A stretch of DNA of 43,931 bases from positions 1 through 43,931 of IMG/VR virus record IMGVR_UViG_3300011335_000766. One strand, written 5' to 3'. Numbering within the stretch: the stretch's first letter is position 1; every line of letters starts with the position of its first letter. A program made the position numbers and the translations under genes. The notes under the pieces were generated by a model, which had not been told where the DNA came from, ran no database searches, and saw only the letters and a list, made by a program, of their open reading frames with translations. This stretch comes from a virus. Lineage: Duplodnaviria > Caudoviricetes. Of the stretch, positions 22,991 through 33,440 are shown piece after piece.

Positions 22991-23787
22991 CCACCGGTGC
23001 ATTGATATTTGCGTTTAACAACGAACACACCGATTATCTTGCTATAGCTGCTTGGAGTGCTGATCGCATACGCCGTCATCTTGATATTCCGGTAGCAGTG
23101 ATTACAGATTGCACAGATCCGTCAAGACTTGCTAAGTTTGATCAAGTGATCGCAGCCGATCCGGTTGCAGGTGGAACAAGATATTTTGATGACTACAAAG
23201 AAACTGTGACCTGGTATAATGCCAGTCGAACTGATGCATATAGTTTAACACCTTGGGACCAGACACTGCTGCTAGATGCCGATTATGTTGTTTGCGGCAG
23301 CGAATTAAAGACACTGTTGGACCATTCACAGGAATTTATATGCCATCGCTTGGCCTGGGATATCACTACTACAAATTATTTTGAAGGTTTAAATTATTTT
23401 GGGCATCATAAAATGCCCATGTGGTGGGCTACAGTGATGATGTTCCGTAAGTGTAACACAGCACAATATATCTTTGATTCGATGACCATGGTAAAAAACA
23501 ACTGGAAGCACTACAAAGATCTATACCATATCACCAGCAGTCAGTATCGAAACGATTTTGCACTCAGCATCGCACTGGGTATAGTAAGTGGTCACACATT
23601 AAAAGTAAACAACATACCTTGGAGGCTGGCCAGTGTATTACCCGAACATGAGATCACTCAGATTGACGACGATCGCTTTGAAATCAAATATCAAGATCAA
23701 GGCCGACTAAAAAGAATGGCATGGGGCATAGATTTTCATGCTATGGGCAAAAAACATCTAGGAGACATCATTGCCAGTGCAAAGTGA
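22987..23787 (+). CDS. Putative GT-A fold glycosyltransferase (GT8-like)
   Basis: IPVAVITD, then TPWDQTLLLDADY (DxD), then WATVMMF and RNDFALSIAL. This order parallels nucleotide-diphospho-sugar transferases. Confidence 0.6.
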   Translation: MTTGALIFAFNNEHTDYLAIAAWSADRIRRHLDIPVAVITDCTDPSRLAKFDQVIAADPVAGGTRYFDDYKETVTWYNASRTDAYSLTPWDQTLLLDADYVVCGSELKTLLDHSQEFICHRLAWDITTTNYFEGLNYFGHHKMPMWWATVMMFRKCNTAQYIFDSMTMVKNNWKHYKDLYHITSSQYRNDFALSIALGIVSGHTLKVNNIPWRLASVLPEHEITQIDDDRFEIKYQDQGRLKRMAWGIDFHAMGKKHLGDIIASAK

Positions 23788-24547
23788 ACGCGGCTATTTG
23801 ATCACAGCCATAAACACCCCTGAAGTCAACTATGTAGACTGTGCGTATAACTTGATCAAGACCATCAGGCAGTTTCATCCCGATGCCAAAATCTGTTTAT
23901 TAACTGACCAACCCAATGCTAATTGGTCTGCACTAATAGACTATTACAAAACATTTGAGTTGCCACTCAGCAGCAATCCCTACGCCAACGACTGGCAAGT
24001 GTTTGGTGCCAGTCCATTCAGGCAGACTATCAAACTGGAAGCAGACATGGTTATCGCCAGCGAGATAGATCATTGGTGGACCATGTTTGAGCATAGAGAT
24101 GTTGTGATATCCACCGGCGCTAGAGATTTTTACGATCAACCGGCTACTAGTAGATTCTATAGAAAAGTGTTTGATACAAACAACTTGCCTGATGTATACA
24201 ACGCTATCACTTACTGGAGATTGAGTCCAACTGCACAAGAGTTCTTTGGCCTGGTACGCAGGATATTTGAACACTGGAGTGAGTACAAGACCTTGCTGAA
24301 GTTTCCAGATGAGGTCGCATCCACAGATTTGGTGTATGCTATGGCAGCACAGATCATGGGTCCAGAGCGTGTAACCATGCCATTTGCAACATATCCACAA
24401 ATCGTGCATATGAAACGACATATGATCCCGACTCATTCTGAAGATTGGACAAAGGAACTCACATGGGAACTCAATCCACTAAGGATCAATACTGTGGCGC
24501 AATGGGGTGCAGTACATTATCATGTAAAGGATTGGCGCCATGAATGA
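23771..24547 (+). CDS. Putative GT-A fold glycosyltransferase, paralog of the preceding gene
   Basis: KICLLTD, SPFRQTIKLEADM (ExD variant), YNAITYW, STDLVYAMA and VHMK follow the same motif order as 22987-23787. TTG start. Confidence 0.6.
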   Translation: MPVQSERGYLITAINTPEVNYVDCAYNLIKTIRQFHPDAKICLLTDQPNANWSALIDYYKTFELPLSSNPYANDWQVFGASPFRQTIKLEADMVIASEIDHWWTMFEHRDVVISTGARDFYDQPATSRFYRKVFDTNNLPDVYNAITYWRLSPTAQEFFGLVRRIFEHWSEYKTLLKFPDEVASTDLVYAMAAQIMGPERVTMPFATYPQIVHMKRHMIPTHSEDWTKELTWELNPLRINTVAQWGAVHYHVKDWRHE

Positions 24548-24884
24548 TCAAGAATTCTTAGAATTTTGGAACAACTTCAAGTGGCCAGAAATCACCCTAG
24601 TGTATCGTAGACTATACTACGATGATGCAGGAGAGCCACTGTTTTATAGTCAAGAAGATTTGCCCGGTAAGTACATCGATGTCACTCCTGAGCAGTTTGC
24701 TCTACAGGATCGATCAGTAAAAGTCATCAATGGAAAACTTGTGCGTCGTAGAACTGCAAGGATAGCTAAACTTGTTCCTGCTGAATCGGGTACCCTTTGC
24801 CATGCCAATGATGTGACCATTGTAGTTGATGATCAGCCCGGGCAATATTGGAAGAAAAAAGAAAATGTCGTTGAAACAAATTGA
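24540..24884 (+). CDS. Hypothetical protein
   Basis: 114-aa ORF overlapping both neighbours in the coupled operon. Confidence 0.7.
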   Translation: MNDQEFLEFWNNFKWPEITLVYRRLYYDDAGEPLFYSQEDLPGKYIDVTPEQFALQDRSVKVINGKLVRRRTARIAKLVPAESGTLCHANDVTIVVDDQPGQYWKKKENVVETN

Positions 24885-25779
24885 TGTGGCAGATCTAGAC
24901 TGTGTGTATCTCAGCTATGATGAACCCAACAAAGAAGAACACTGGATCAAGATACGCAACATGGTTCCTTGGGCCACAAGAGTAGACGGAGTTAAAGGAT
25001 CAGATGCAGCACACAAAGCAGCAGCAGAGGTCAGTACCACCGAGCGTTTCATCTTGATTGATGGCGACAATCTTCCAGATCCTGAATTCTTTAACCAGAC
25101 ATTATCATTCCCTACAGAACAACATGAACAGGCGGTGTTCCGTTGGCGTGCCCGTAACCATGTGAATGGACTCATGTATGGCAATGGCGGATTGAGTTCC
25201 TGGACTAGGACCTATGTGCAGAACATGCACACACATGAGAACACCGACGGTCGGACTGAAACTCAAGTAGAGTTTTGTTTTGATCCGTTGTATTGGGCCA
25301 TGCATGACTGTTATTCGACCACATACCCTAATGGATCGGCATTTCACGCTTGGCGTGCCGGATTTCGTGAAGGCGTAAAGATGTGTTTGGATCGTGGCCG
25401 TAGACCTACAGTATCCGAATTTCAAACTCGTGTACATCAACGCAATCTCGACAATCTCACTATCTGGCATAATGTAGGCGCAGATGTGGATTATGGGTAT
25501 TGGGCCATAGCCGGCGCTAGGCAGGGCACATACATGACCATGCTTACCAACTGGGATTACCTACAAGTACAAAATTTTGATGCACTGGCTGAACTATGGC
25601 AAACTGTAGAAAATGAACAGCCCGAACATGTCAGCAACAACATTGCCAACGAATTACATACACAATTAGATTTACCCATGCACATGCTTACAGTTGAAGC
25701 CAGTGATTTCTTTAAACATCATTATCGTAGCAACTGGCGCAACCGTGGTGTCATGGTCCGAGAAGTAGATGTGATCTAA
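24865..25779 (+). CDS. Putative GT-A (GT2-like) glycosyltransferase; start revised from 24826
   Basis: DCVYLSYDEPN...RVDGVKGSDAAHKAAA...RFILIDGDN (DxD)...YGNGG...AWRAGFREGVK. It is homologous to the C-terminal domain of 39598-41211. Confidence 0.6.
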   Translation: MSLKQIDVADLDCVYLSYDEPNKEEHWIKIRNMVPWATRVDGVKGSDAAHKAAAEVSTTERFILIDGDNLPDPEFFNQTLSFPTEQHEQAVFRWRARNHVNGLMYGNGGLSSWTRTYVQNMHTHENTDGRTETQVEFCFDPLYWAMHDCYSTTYPNGSAFHAWRAGFREGVKMCLDRGRRPTVSEFQTRVHQRNLDNLTIWHNVGADVDYGYWAIAGARQGTYMTMLTNWDYLQVQNFDALAELWQTVENEQPEHVSNNIANELHTQLDLPMHMLTVEASDFFKHHYRSNWRNRGVMVREVDVI

Positions 25780-25783
25780 CATT

Positions 25784-27160
25784 GTGAAAAACAAAAGTGA
25801 TTTCCAATCGTCTGCTGAGCAGATGAAAGATCAACTCGGTCCGGCATTGTGCCTGGCTAAATGGAAACAGGTCAGCTTGCACTTGCCTACAGGATTAAAT
25901 AACTCATGTTATCATCCGCCCTTGCATCCGATAGACTCAGCTGCGATTGCTGCTAATCCTGCTGCTCTGCATAACACTGCTCATAAAAAAGCCCAGCGTA
26001 AGATAATGCTACAGCAAGAACGGCCTAGTGAGTGCAGTTACTGTTGGAACATGGAAGACTTAGGCAAGCTGAGTGATCGGCATTATAGATCAGGTGAACC
26101 CTGGGCGGCGATAGATTTTGAAAAAATAAAAAACTCAACTGGAGATGAAGAAAATGTCATACCGTCGTATGTGGAAGTCAATTTCAACAATGCCTGCAAC
26201 CTTAAATGCAGCTATTGCAGCCCGCAGTTCAGCTCTAGCTGGCAACAAGAAGTTGACCGTCATGGGGCATTCCCTACTTTGGTTCCTCATAACGCTGCTG
26301 AGCATTTTAGCGGCAGCCGCAGGCCTATCCCTGCCCGTGATCACAACCCTTATGTAGAAGCGTTCTGGGCCTGGTGGCCCACGCTGTATCCTGAACTCAA
26401 GCACTTTCGCATGACCGGTGGTGAACCCTTGATGGATCGCAACACCTATCGAGTGTTTGACTATGTGTTGGAGAATCCAAAAAGCGATCTTCACTTGGCT
26501 GTGACCTCAAACTTTTCAGTAGAGCCCGAACTATCAACAAAATACTTTGACTATGTTCAACGGCTATGCAGCACTGACATCGAACACTTCATGCAGTATG
26601 TGAGTCTTGACTCGGGCATAGGACCACAAGCAGAATACATCCGGCATGGTTTGGATTTTGAAAGATTGAAAGGCAATGTAGAAACATACCTACGAGACAT
26701 TCCGTATCGTAACAGCCTCACATTTATTATCACAATGAACAATCTGTCAGTAACAGGCTTCCTACCATTGATGCAGTGGATACTAGATATGCGTCGAACT
26801 CACAGCAAGACCTACCAGCGTGTGTGGTTTGATACACCTGTGCTGAGACAACCAGCATGGCAAAGCCTACAGACCTTGCCAGAAAGTTATGCCGCAAAAC
26901 TAGAACAAGCACGAGACTTTATGTTGGCAAACTTAGAAACCGAATCTGATCCGTTTCATGGATTCAAGGACTACGAAGTGCAAAGACTTGAGCGTGACAT
27001 TGCCTGGATGCGATCGGCATCGAATACAAGCAGTCCCCAACACCTAGCCGACTTCTCGAGATTTTTCTCAGAGCATGATCGCCGCCGAGGCACCAACTTT
27101 GAAAAAACATTTCCGGAGATGATCTCCTGGTGGAAACAATGCGGTCTACATGCTAGATAA
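25784..27160 (+). CDS. Radical SAM protein with N-terminal auxiliary Fe-S (twitch/SPASM-like) region #1
   Basis: CNLKCSYC and TGGEP; N-terminal CLAKW...SCYH...CSYC; C-terminal DRRRG. GTG start. Confidence 0.88.
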   Translation: MKNKSDFQSSAEQMKDQLGPALCLAKWKQVSLHLPTGLNNSCYHPPLHPIDSAAIAANPAALHNTAHKKAQRKIMLQQERPSECSYCWNMEDLGKLSDRHYRSGEPWAAIDFEKIKNSTGDEENVIPSYVEVNFNNACNLKCSYCSPQFSSSWQQEVDRHGAFPTLVPHNAAEHFSGSRRPIPARDHNPYVEAFWAWWPTLYPELKHFRMTGGEPLMDRNTYRVFDYVLENPKSDLHLAVTSNFSVEPELSTKYFDYVQRLCSTDIEHFMQYVSLDSGIGPQAEYIRHGLDFERLKGNVETYLRDIPYRNSLTFIITMNNLSVTGFLPLMQWILDMRRTHSKTYQRVWFDTPVLRQPAWQSLQTLPESYAAKLEQARDFMLANLETESDPFHGFKDYEVQRLERDIAWMRSASNTSSPQHLADFSRFFSEHDRRRGTNFEKTFPEMISWWKQCGLHAR

Positions 27161-28256
27161 TCGACGAGTCATCTGTGACACATCTTGTGAGATCTATCCT
27201 GAAATCAAACATCTAGTAGATGATACATTTTGGGAATTTGATAATCCCCAAGAGAATTCAATCACGATATTTGCTCGGCAGACAGTAAACCGCCATTCGG
27301 TCAAGATAAAGGAATTAGCTACAGCAGGCTTCTTCTTGCCAGTATTGGCCAATCCCAGCGAAGGATCCATAGTGCTAAAACTTCAATGCCAACGCCTAGG
27401 ATTGCTGGATCTAGTCACACAAAAGAAAATGTTACTAGTAGGGTGCGGAGACATGGAACCCGAACTCAATTGTTTAGTATATGATTGCTATCTCAATCGA
27501 GTGATCGGATATGAACAAAACATCGAACAATCCGGCCGAGTGGATGAGATATACAACAAAACAAATAAACCCTACAAATTCTTGTTCTTAAATGGTCGAA
27601 CACGCCCTCATAGAAAATACATGATAGAAAAGATGCGTGATGCTAGATTACTAGAACATGCACTATGGACCAATCTAGACACCACTCCTGTATATCATCA
27701 CACATACAATACTGAGTTATTGAGTCGAGAATCTATTATACACTTGCTGCCCGATCAATACGAAGTAGAACAATATCATACAAATATCCAAAATCAATTT
27801 GAGTATTCGTTTATCAAGCACGAACTATTCAACAACCAATGGGGTGATGTATACATCCGTGCCGATCCATATATTGATACCTATTTTAGTTTAGTAACTG
27901 AAACAGTATGTGACTATCCATATAGTCTACGCAGTGAAAAAATCTACAAACCTCTTGCTATGGGTCATCCTTTTGTGGCTGTGGCCAATCGCGGTTTCTA
28001 CAGAGATTTGCATCATGCAGGATTTCAAACATACCACACTTTAATAGATGAATCATTTGATCAGATCGACAACAATCAAGACCGACTGGATAGGATAGCC
28101 ACTGTGGTTGCGGATTTGTGTGCCGGTGATTTAGATGAATTCCTGGTCGCGGCCCGGGCAATAAGTAAGTATAATCAACAACATATGAAGGACTACGGTT
28201 CCAAAATCCGTCGGGAGTTTCCTGAACGGTTTTTACAATTCCTACAACATCAATGA
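27150..28256 (+). CDS. Putative glycosyltransferase-like protein (GT10/GT47-like TEK family) #1
   Basis: FLFLNGRTRPHR...YFSLVTET...SEKIYKPLAMGHPFV...GFQT...IDESFD. The EK motif recalls the GT10 donor-binding motif. It has two paralogs at 37300-39599. Confidence 0.5.
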   Translation: MLDNRRVICDTSCEIYPEIKHLVDDTFWEFDNPQENSITIFARQTVNRHSVKIKELATAGFFLPVLANPSEGSIVLKLQCQRLGLLDLVTQKKMLLVGCGDMEPELNCLVYDCYLNRVIGYEQNIEQSGRVDEIYNKTNKPYKFLFLNGRTRPHRKYMIEKMRDARLLEHALWTNLDTTPVYHHTYNTELLSRESIIHLLPDQYEVEQYHTNIQNQFEYSFIKHELFNNQWGDVYIRADPYIDTYFSLVTETVCDYPYSLRSEKIYKPLAMGHPFVAVANRGFYRDLHHAGFQTYHTLIDESFDQIDNNQDRLDRIATVVADLCAGDLDEFLVAARAISKYNQQHMKDYGSKIRREFPERFLQFLQHQ

Positions 28257-29590
28257 CCGATTTAGAATTTAAGCAACAGGTGCTGGACACCAAGAGTGCA
28301 AGTTTTTGTGCAGCAAAATGGTATAATGCAACCATCTGGTTGGGTAGTGGCATGACCACAAGTTGCCATCACCCGCCGGCCCATTTGGTGGACATTGATA
28401 AAGTTCGGGCCAACCCTAGGCTGCTGCACAATACTGATCAGAAGAAAGAAGATCGTCGCAAGATGATTGCCGGCGAGCGTCCTGCTGGTTGTGAGTATTG
28501 TTGGAAGATCGAAGACATGGGTAGCGATGCCGTTAGTGATCGTGTATATAAGAGTAAGATTTATCCTATAGAGCTGTTAAATGAAGCACATACCAATCCA
28601 CCCGATCAAGACTTCAACCTTCGTACCTTGGAGATTGCTTTTGACCGCACTTGCCAATTTGCTTGCAGTTATTGTAATCCTGCATTCAGCAGCACTTGGG
28701 TTCGAGACATTCGTAAAAATGGACCTTATCAAGGCCTTGTGTCTGATGGCAGGAATCACTTTACTCACGATCATAGCAGCAGTCAGCTTTATAGCTTCGG
28801 TGAAACCAATCCTTATGTGGATGCGTTCTTTGCGTGGTGGGAATCGGACCTACATCGAACCCTCCAAGAACTCCGGATAACCGGCGGCGAACCTTTGATG
28901 TCGGGCGAGACTTGGAAACTGATTGACTGGTTTAAAAATAACCCGGGCCGTAGCCAAACACGCTTGGCCATCAATTCAAACTTGGGCACAGCAGTAGATC
29001 TGGATCGATTGCTTGATAGCATTGCAGGATTAGAAGTTGACTTGTATACATCCAACGAAAGTGTAGGCCTGCAAGCCGAATACATCAGAGACGGCTTGGT
29101 GTGGGATGACTGGGCCAACAATGTGGAACGCTTGTTAGACTCAGGTAAGTTCCGTGGCATACACATCATGAACACAATCAATGCATTGTGTCTGTACTCA
29201 CTGGATCAGTTCTTGGAATGCATAATGAACTGGAAAATAGAATACGGCCGTGATGCTGTGAGTTTTACTTTGAACATCCTGCGATTCCCCAGCTTCCAAT
29301 CACCCTTGATATTGCCCGACGAACTACGCACGGTATTTCGACAACGGTTAGAAGTGTGGCTTGATGCTTGGTGGGATAGTGAATTCTTGCATGAGCACGA
29401 AGTCAATCATGTTCAACGCCTGATTGATTATCTTGACATAGTCAAGACTCCACACTCAGAAGCATTTGATCGGCCCAAGTTGCTGAATGACTTCAAGCAG
29501 TTCTATACACAATATGATCAGCGTCGAGGCAAATGCTTTGATCTGGCATTTCCTGCATTAAAACCCTGGTATGACTCAATACAAATATAA
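28253..29590 (+). CDS. Radical SAM protein with N-terminal auxiliary Fe-S region #2
   Basis: CQFACSYC and TGGEP; N-terminal CAAKW...SCHH...CEYC; C-terminal DQRRG. Confidence 0.88.
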   Translation: MTDLEFKQQVLDTKSASFCAAKWYNATIWLGSGMTTSCHHPPAHLVDIDKVRANPRLLHNTDQKKEDRRKMIAGERPAGCEYCWKIEDMGSDAVSDRVYKSKIYPIELLNEAHTNPPDQDFNLRTLEIAFDRTCQFACSYCNPAFSSTWVRDIRKNGPYQGLVSDGRNHFTHDHSSSQLYSFGETNPYVDAFFAWWESDLHRTLQELRITGGEPLMSGETWKLIDWFKNNPGRSQTRLAINSNLGTAVDLDRLLDSIAGLEVDLYTSNESVGLQAEYIRDGLVWDDWANNVERLLDSGKFRGIHIMNTINALCLYSLDQFLECIMNWKIEYGRDAVSFTLNILRFPSFQSPLILPDELRTVFRQRLEVWLDAWWDSEFLHEHEVNHVQRLIDYLDIVKTPHSEAFDRPKLLNDFKQFYTQYDQRRGKCFDLAFPALKPWYDSIQI

Positions 29591-30830
29591 CAGCAGTGAT
29601 TTAGTTCAGGACATAGATCTTTCAGACCGCGAGCAATTTTTGCTCACTGAATCTAAGACCTTTTGTATCTATCCATGGATACATCTTCATGCATATCCTA
29701 CTGGTGAGGCATATCCATGCTGTCATGCGGAAATGAAATACCCGATAGGAAATTGCCGATCTAATACCTTGTCAGAGATATGGCAAGATCAGCCTATGCA
29801 AAAATTACGGTCAGACATGCTGAGTGAAACACCCAATGTGGCTTGTGGTCGTTGTTACGAACAAGAACAATCAGGATTCTTCTCAGGCCGTAAAAGCGCA
29901 AACAAGCATCACGGACATCATATCAAAAAGTTAGATAAAAATCCATTCGAGATGACCTATTGGGACATACGATTTTCAAATCTGTGCAATCTCAAATGCC
30001 GTAGTTGTGGCTATATTTTCTCCAGTCAGTGGTATCAGGATCAGGCCAAACTAGCAGGTGATGATTGGGACAAGAACCACAAGGTGCTAAACATTGCCGG
30101 GCGCACTGAAACTGATATGTGGGAGCAGCTATTACCACACTTAGATTATGTAGAACAGATATACTTTGCCGGCGGCGAACCCTTGTTAATGGAAGAGCAT
30201 TATCGAATCCTAGACGAGTTGGTTCGGCGGTCTTTGTTCCATGTTAGATTGATATACAATACAAACTTCACACATACAGATTTAAAAGGTAAAAGTGTGT
30301 TTGAGTATTGGAAACTGTTTGATAGTGTAGCAGTAGGTGCTAGTTTAGATGGTGCAAAAGATCGTGCAGAATACATACGCAAAGGAACCAAATGGCAACA
30401 GGTGGAACAAAATCGAATCGACATGCTACGCATCTGCCCAGATGTTGATTTTTACATAAGCCCTACTCTTAGTATTCTAAATGCATGGCATCTGCCGGAC
30501 TTTCATCGAAACTGGGTCGAGCGTGGATTCATTCAGGCACAAGATTTAAATGTAAACATCTTACAAGATCCTCCGCATTATCGAATTGACATCGCTCCAA
30601 TAAAATACAAACAACGACTGCGGATAAAATATCAAGAACACATAGAATGGTTACGAGATAAGGATCCACTACAGCGTGCCACAGTAGGATTTGAGTCTGC
30701 GATTAAATTCATGATGGCCACAGATAACACACAACTCATCGACACCTTCTGGCGTAAGACTCATGAACTAGATAGCATAAGAAATGAAAAATTGTTAGAT
30801 GTGATTCCGGAACTTCAGAGTTTGTTATAG
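29571..30830 (+). CDS. Radical SAM protein with N-terminal auxiliary Fe-S region #3
   Basis: CNLKCRSC, AGGEP, YNTN and ASLDG; N-terminal CIYPW...G...PCC...IGN...CGRC. Confidence 0.88.
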   Translation: MTQYKYNSSDLVQDIDLSDREQFLLTESKTFCIYPWIHLHAYPTGEAYPCCHAEMKYPIGNCRSNTLSEIWQDQPMQKLRSDMLSETPNVACGRCYEQEQSGFFSGRKSANKHHGHHIKKLDKNPFEMTYWDIRFSNLCNLKCRSCGYIFSSQWYQDQAKLAGDDWDKNHKVLNIAGRTETDMWEQLLPHLDYVEQIYFAGGEPLLMEEHYRILDELVRRSLFHVRLIYNTNFTHTDLKGKSVFEYWKLFDSVAVGASLDGAKDRAEYIRKGTKWQQVEQNRIDMLRICPDVDFYISPTLSILNAWHLPDFHRNWVERGFIQAQDLNVNILQDPPHYRIDIAPIKYKQRLRIKYQEHIEWLRDKDPLQRATVGFESAIKFMMATDNTQLIDTFWRKTHELDSIRNEKLLDVIPELQSLL

Positions 30831-30831
30831 C

Positions 30832-32232
30832 ATGACAAAAAATCTGCATCTATACATAACAGAAGAAGATTACACGGAAATGGCCGGACCTAATTGGCCT
30901 GCGTATGTTGATTTCTTGCAAGGATTTCGTGGAGTGAAACCTGAAATACAACAAGAGCTAGAAGAGTACATCCAACAACATCGTAAACAAGGTATAAAAT
31001 TTCCTATCAAAACCGCCACAGCCTGTCAAAGCAAATGGACCTGGAGCACTATCTATCTCAATGCACTTAGCACAGCTAGTTGTCATCGTGTAAATCCAAT
31101 TCCATTTGATCTAGAAGATTTTGACAATTTTCACAACATACCTAAAAAACTCAATGATCGTCGACTCATGCTAGAAGGCAAATGGCCCACTGGTGGATGT
31201 GAATACTGTCAAGAAATTGAAAATTCGGGTGGGCGCAGCGATCGACAACATAATTTAGACATACGGGGCCTTACTCCTCCGGAACTAGAATTAGATCCTA
31301 CTGCTATTTCTGTTACTCCAAGATTGGTTGAGATATTTGCTCAGAACACCTGTAATCTAAGTTGCATTTATTGCAATGGGAATCTCAGCAGCAAAATTGA
31401 ACAAGAAAATATCAAGCATGGGGAATTCGACCAGGGCGATGTAAAAATACCAATCATCGCAGTTCCTACAACAGCAACCAAAGAATATTTTGATCGATTC
31501 CTTAGTTGGTTGGAAAAAAATATACAGCAGTTGGTTCGATTACATCTATTAGGAGGGGAAACATTTATACAGCACGAGTTGATGAATTCAGTGTTGGATA
31601 TACTAGAACGCAACCCTAGTCCAGATTTAGAATTTTGTATTTTTAGTAATTGCAATGTTCCCGACAAGTGGTGGGATCATTACATTGGTCGAATCCATGC
31701 TTTACAGATTGCAGGAAAGATAAAAGTGTTTGATCTAACAGCCAGTATCGATTGCTGGGGCCCTGAACAGGAATATATAAGATCCGGGCTCAATCTGGAC
31801 AAATTTGAAAAGAGATTTGCATGGGCAAGTCAACAAGGTGATTGGTTACGACTCAATGCCAATCAGACTGTTACTGCTATGACTATAAAAACCATGCCCG
31901 GCTTGATTGAAAAGATAAAACACTACGGTAAAAACAAACACATTGGGCATTATTTCGAATTTTACATTGGTCCAGATATGTTTCAACATCCAAAGATATT
32001 TGCTTGGGATTTTTGGAAAGATGATTTTGAAAAAATATTAACTGCCATGCCCACAGACACAGAAGCACAAAGAGAAGCTATTCCCCGTATGCAAGGGTTA
32101 CAAAGTTTGTTAAAACAAAGTTCGCATAACGATCTAGTTTCTATAAAAAAGTTACATGTGTATCTTGACGAATTAGATAGACGCAGATCTACTAATTGGA
32201 GGATACTGTTTCCTTATTTAGATATACTATGA
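30832..32232 (+). CDS. Radical SAM protein with N-terminal auxiliary Fe-S region #4 and extra ~55-aa leader domain
   Basis: CNLSCIYC, LGGET and ASID; N-terminal CQSKW...SCHR...CEYC; C-terminal DRRRS. Confidence 0.88.
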   Translation: MTKNLHLYITEEDYTEMAGPNWPAYVDFLQGFRGVKPEIQQELEEYIQQHRKQGIKFPIKTATACQSKWTWSTIYLNALSTASCHRVNPIPFDLEDFDNFHNIPKKLNDRRLMLEGKWPTGGCEYCQEIENSGGRSDRQHNLDIRGLTPPELELDPTAISVTPRLVEIFAQNTCNLSCIYCNGNLSSKIEQENIKHGEFDQGDVKIPIIAVPTTATKEYFDRFLSWLEKNIQQLVRLHLLGGETFIQHELMNSVLDILERNPSPDLEFCIFSNCNVPDKWWDHYIGRIHALQIAGKIKVFDLTASIDCWGPEQEYIRSGLNLDKFEKRFAWASQQGDWLRLNANQTVTAMTIKTMPGLIEKIKHYGKNKHIGHYFEFYIGPDMFQHPKIFAWDFWKDDFEKILTAMPTDTEAQREAIPRMQGLQSLLKQSSHNDLVSIKKLHVYLDELDRRRSTNWRILFPYLDIL

Positions 32233-33440
32233 AAATACCTCACGACCAATTCTGCGTATTGCCCTGGATCAGTTTAGAAGCCAGTCCTATTGGCACAGTA
32301 CGACCTTGTTGTTTAGCTGATGATGAAATTGTGGATGATGTTGGCAACAAGTTTAAGTTAGCCACTGCTAATTTTTCACACATACAAAACAGCAACCATA
32401 TGACACAGTTACGAACTGAATTTCTTGCAGGACACCGACCAGAAACATGTAGGAAATGTTGGAATGAAGAAGATGCAGGCCGTACATCAAAACGCATGCA
32501 CACATTGGACCGTCTCAAGCACAGTCTCCAAGATGATGAGTGGAGCACAGATGCTAAACCATTGATGTTCTTAGATCTCAAACTAGGTAACATATGTAAT
32601 CTCAAATGTAGAATCTGCGGTTCGTGGTCTAGTTCACAGTTTGCTGGAGAAGAGATTTCATTCACACCGAGAGAAGAACAAAAATCCAGCCATGCTTATC
32701 GGATGTTGCGAGCAGGCGCTTGGCCCAAAGAAAACGCTCATTTCTGGCAGCAGATTGATAGTGTACTTGCTGATATACGATACATCGAATTTACTGGTGG
32801 CGAACCGTTCATGATCGACCAACATTTTGATATGTTGCAAGGTATAGTGGATCGTGGTATAGCTCACCAAGTTGAGATACACTACAACACCAATGGCACA
32901 TTGTTTCCTGATCGTGGTCCAGATATATGGAAGCATTTTAAGACTGTGGAGATAGCATTCAGTGTGGATGACATTGGCCCTCGCTTTGAATATCAACGAT
33001 CAAATGCCTCCTGGGGTACAGTGAAAGAGAACATCAATCGATTTAGGATCATGCGCGAAAGTATGCCTAACTTGCAGTTACAATGCTGCACCACAGTGAA
33101 TGTTTTCAATGTGAGATATCTAGATGAGGTAGCATTGTGGATAGCACTACAGGATTTTGATTTTGTGTATTGGAACATGATGCACGACGCATGGTATTTT
33201 TCAATATCAAGACTTCCAGCAAGTGCTAAAGAACAAATCGCTGATTATCTCAGTGATTGTAATGTTCCTGACCAATACCGAGCAGAATTTGTCCGCATCA
33301 TTGACTTTATGATTCGTGGTGAATCATCCGATGGTACTGAAACCCTGTTACAGATACAAAAGCTAGATCAGCGTAGACAACAAGATCTAAAAAAAGTAGC
33401 ACTTGAATTGGCGCAGATATTAAACTATGCAAAAACCTGA
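32229..33440 (+). CDS. Radical SAM protein with N-terminal auxiliary Fe-S region #5; start revised from 32196
   Basis: CNLKCRIC, TGGEP and YNTNG; N-terminal CVLPW...PCC...CRKC. The ATG at 32229 forms an ATGA overlap with the upstream stop. Confidence 0.88.
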   Translation: MKIPHDQFCVLPWISLEASPIGTVRPCCLADDEIVDDVGNKFKLATANFSHIQNSNHMTQLRTEFLAGHRPETCRKCWNEEDAGRTSKRMHTLDRLKHSLQDDEWSTDAKPLMFLDLKLGNICNLKCRICGSWSSSQFAGEEISFTPREEQKSSHAYRMLRAGAWPKENAHFWQQIDSVLADIRYIEFTGGEPFMIDQHFDMLQGIVDRGIAHQVEIHYNTNGTLFPDRGPDIWKHFKTVEIAFSVDDIGPRFEYQRSNASWGTVKENINRFRIMRESMPNLQLQCCTTVNVFNVRYLDEVALWIALQDFDFVYWNMMHDAWYFSISRLPASAKEQIADYLSDCNVPDQYRAEFVRIIDFMIRGESSDGTETLLQIQKLDQRRQQDLKKVALELAQILNYAKT

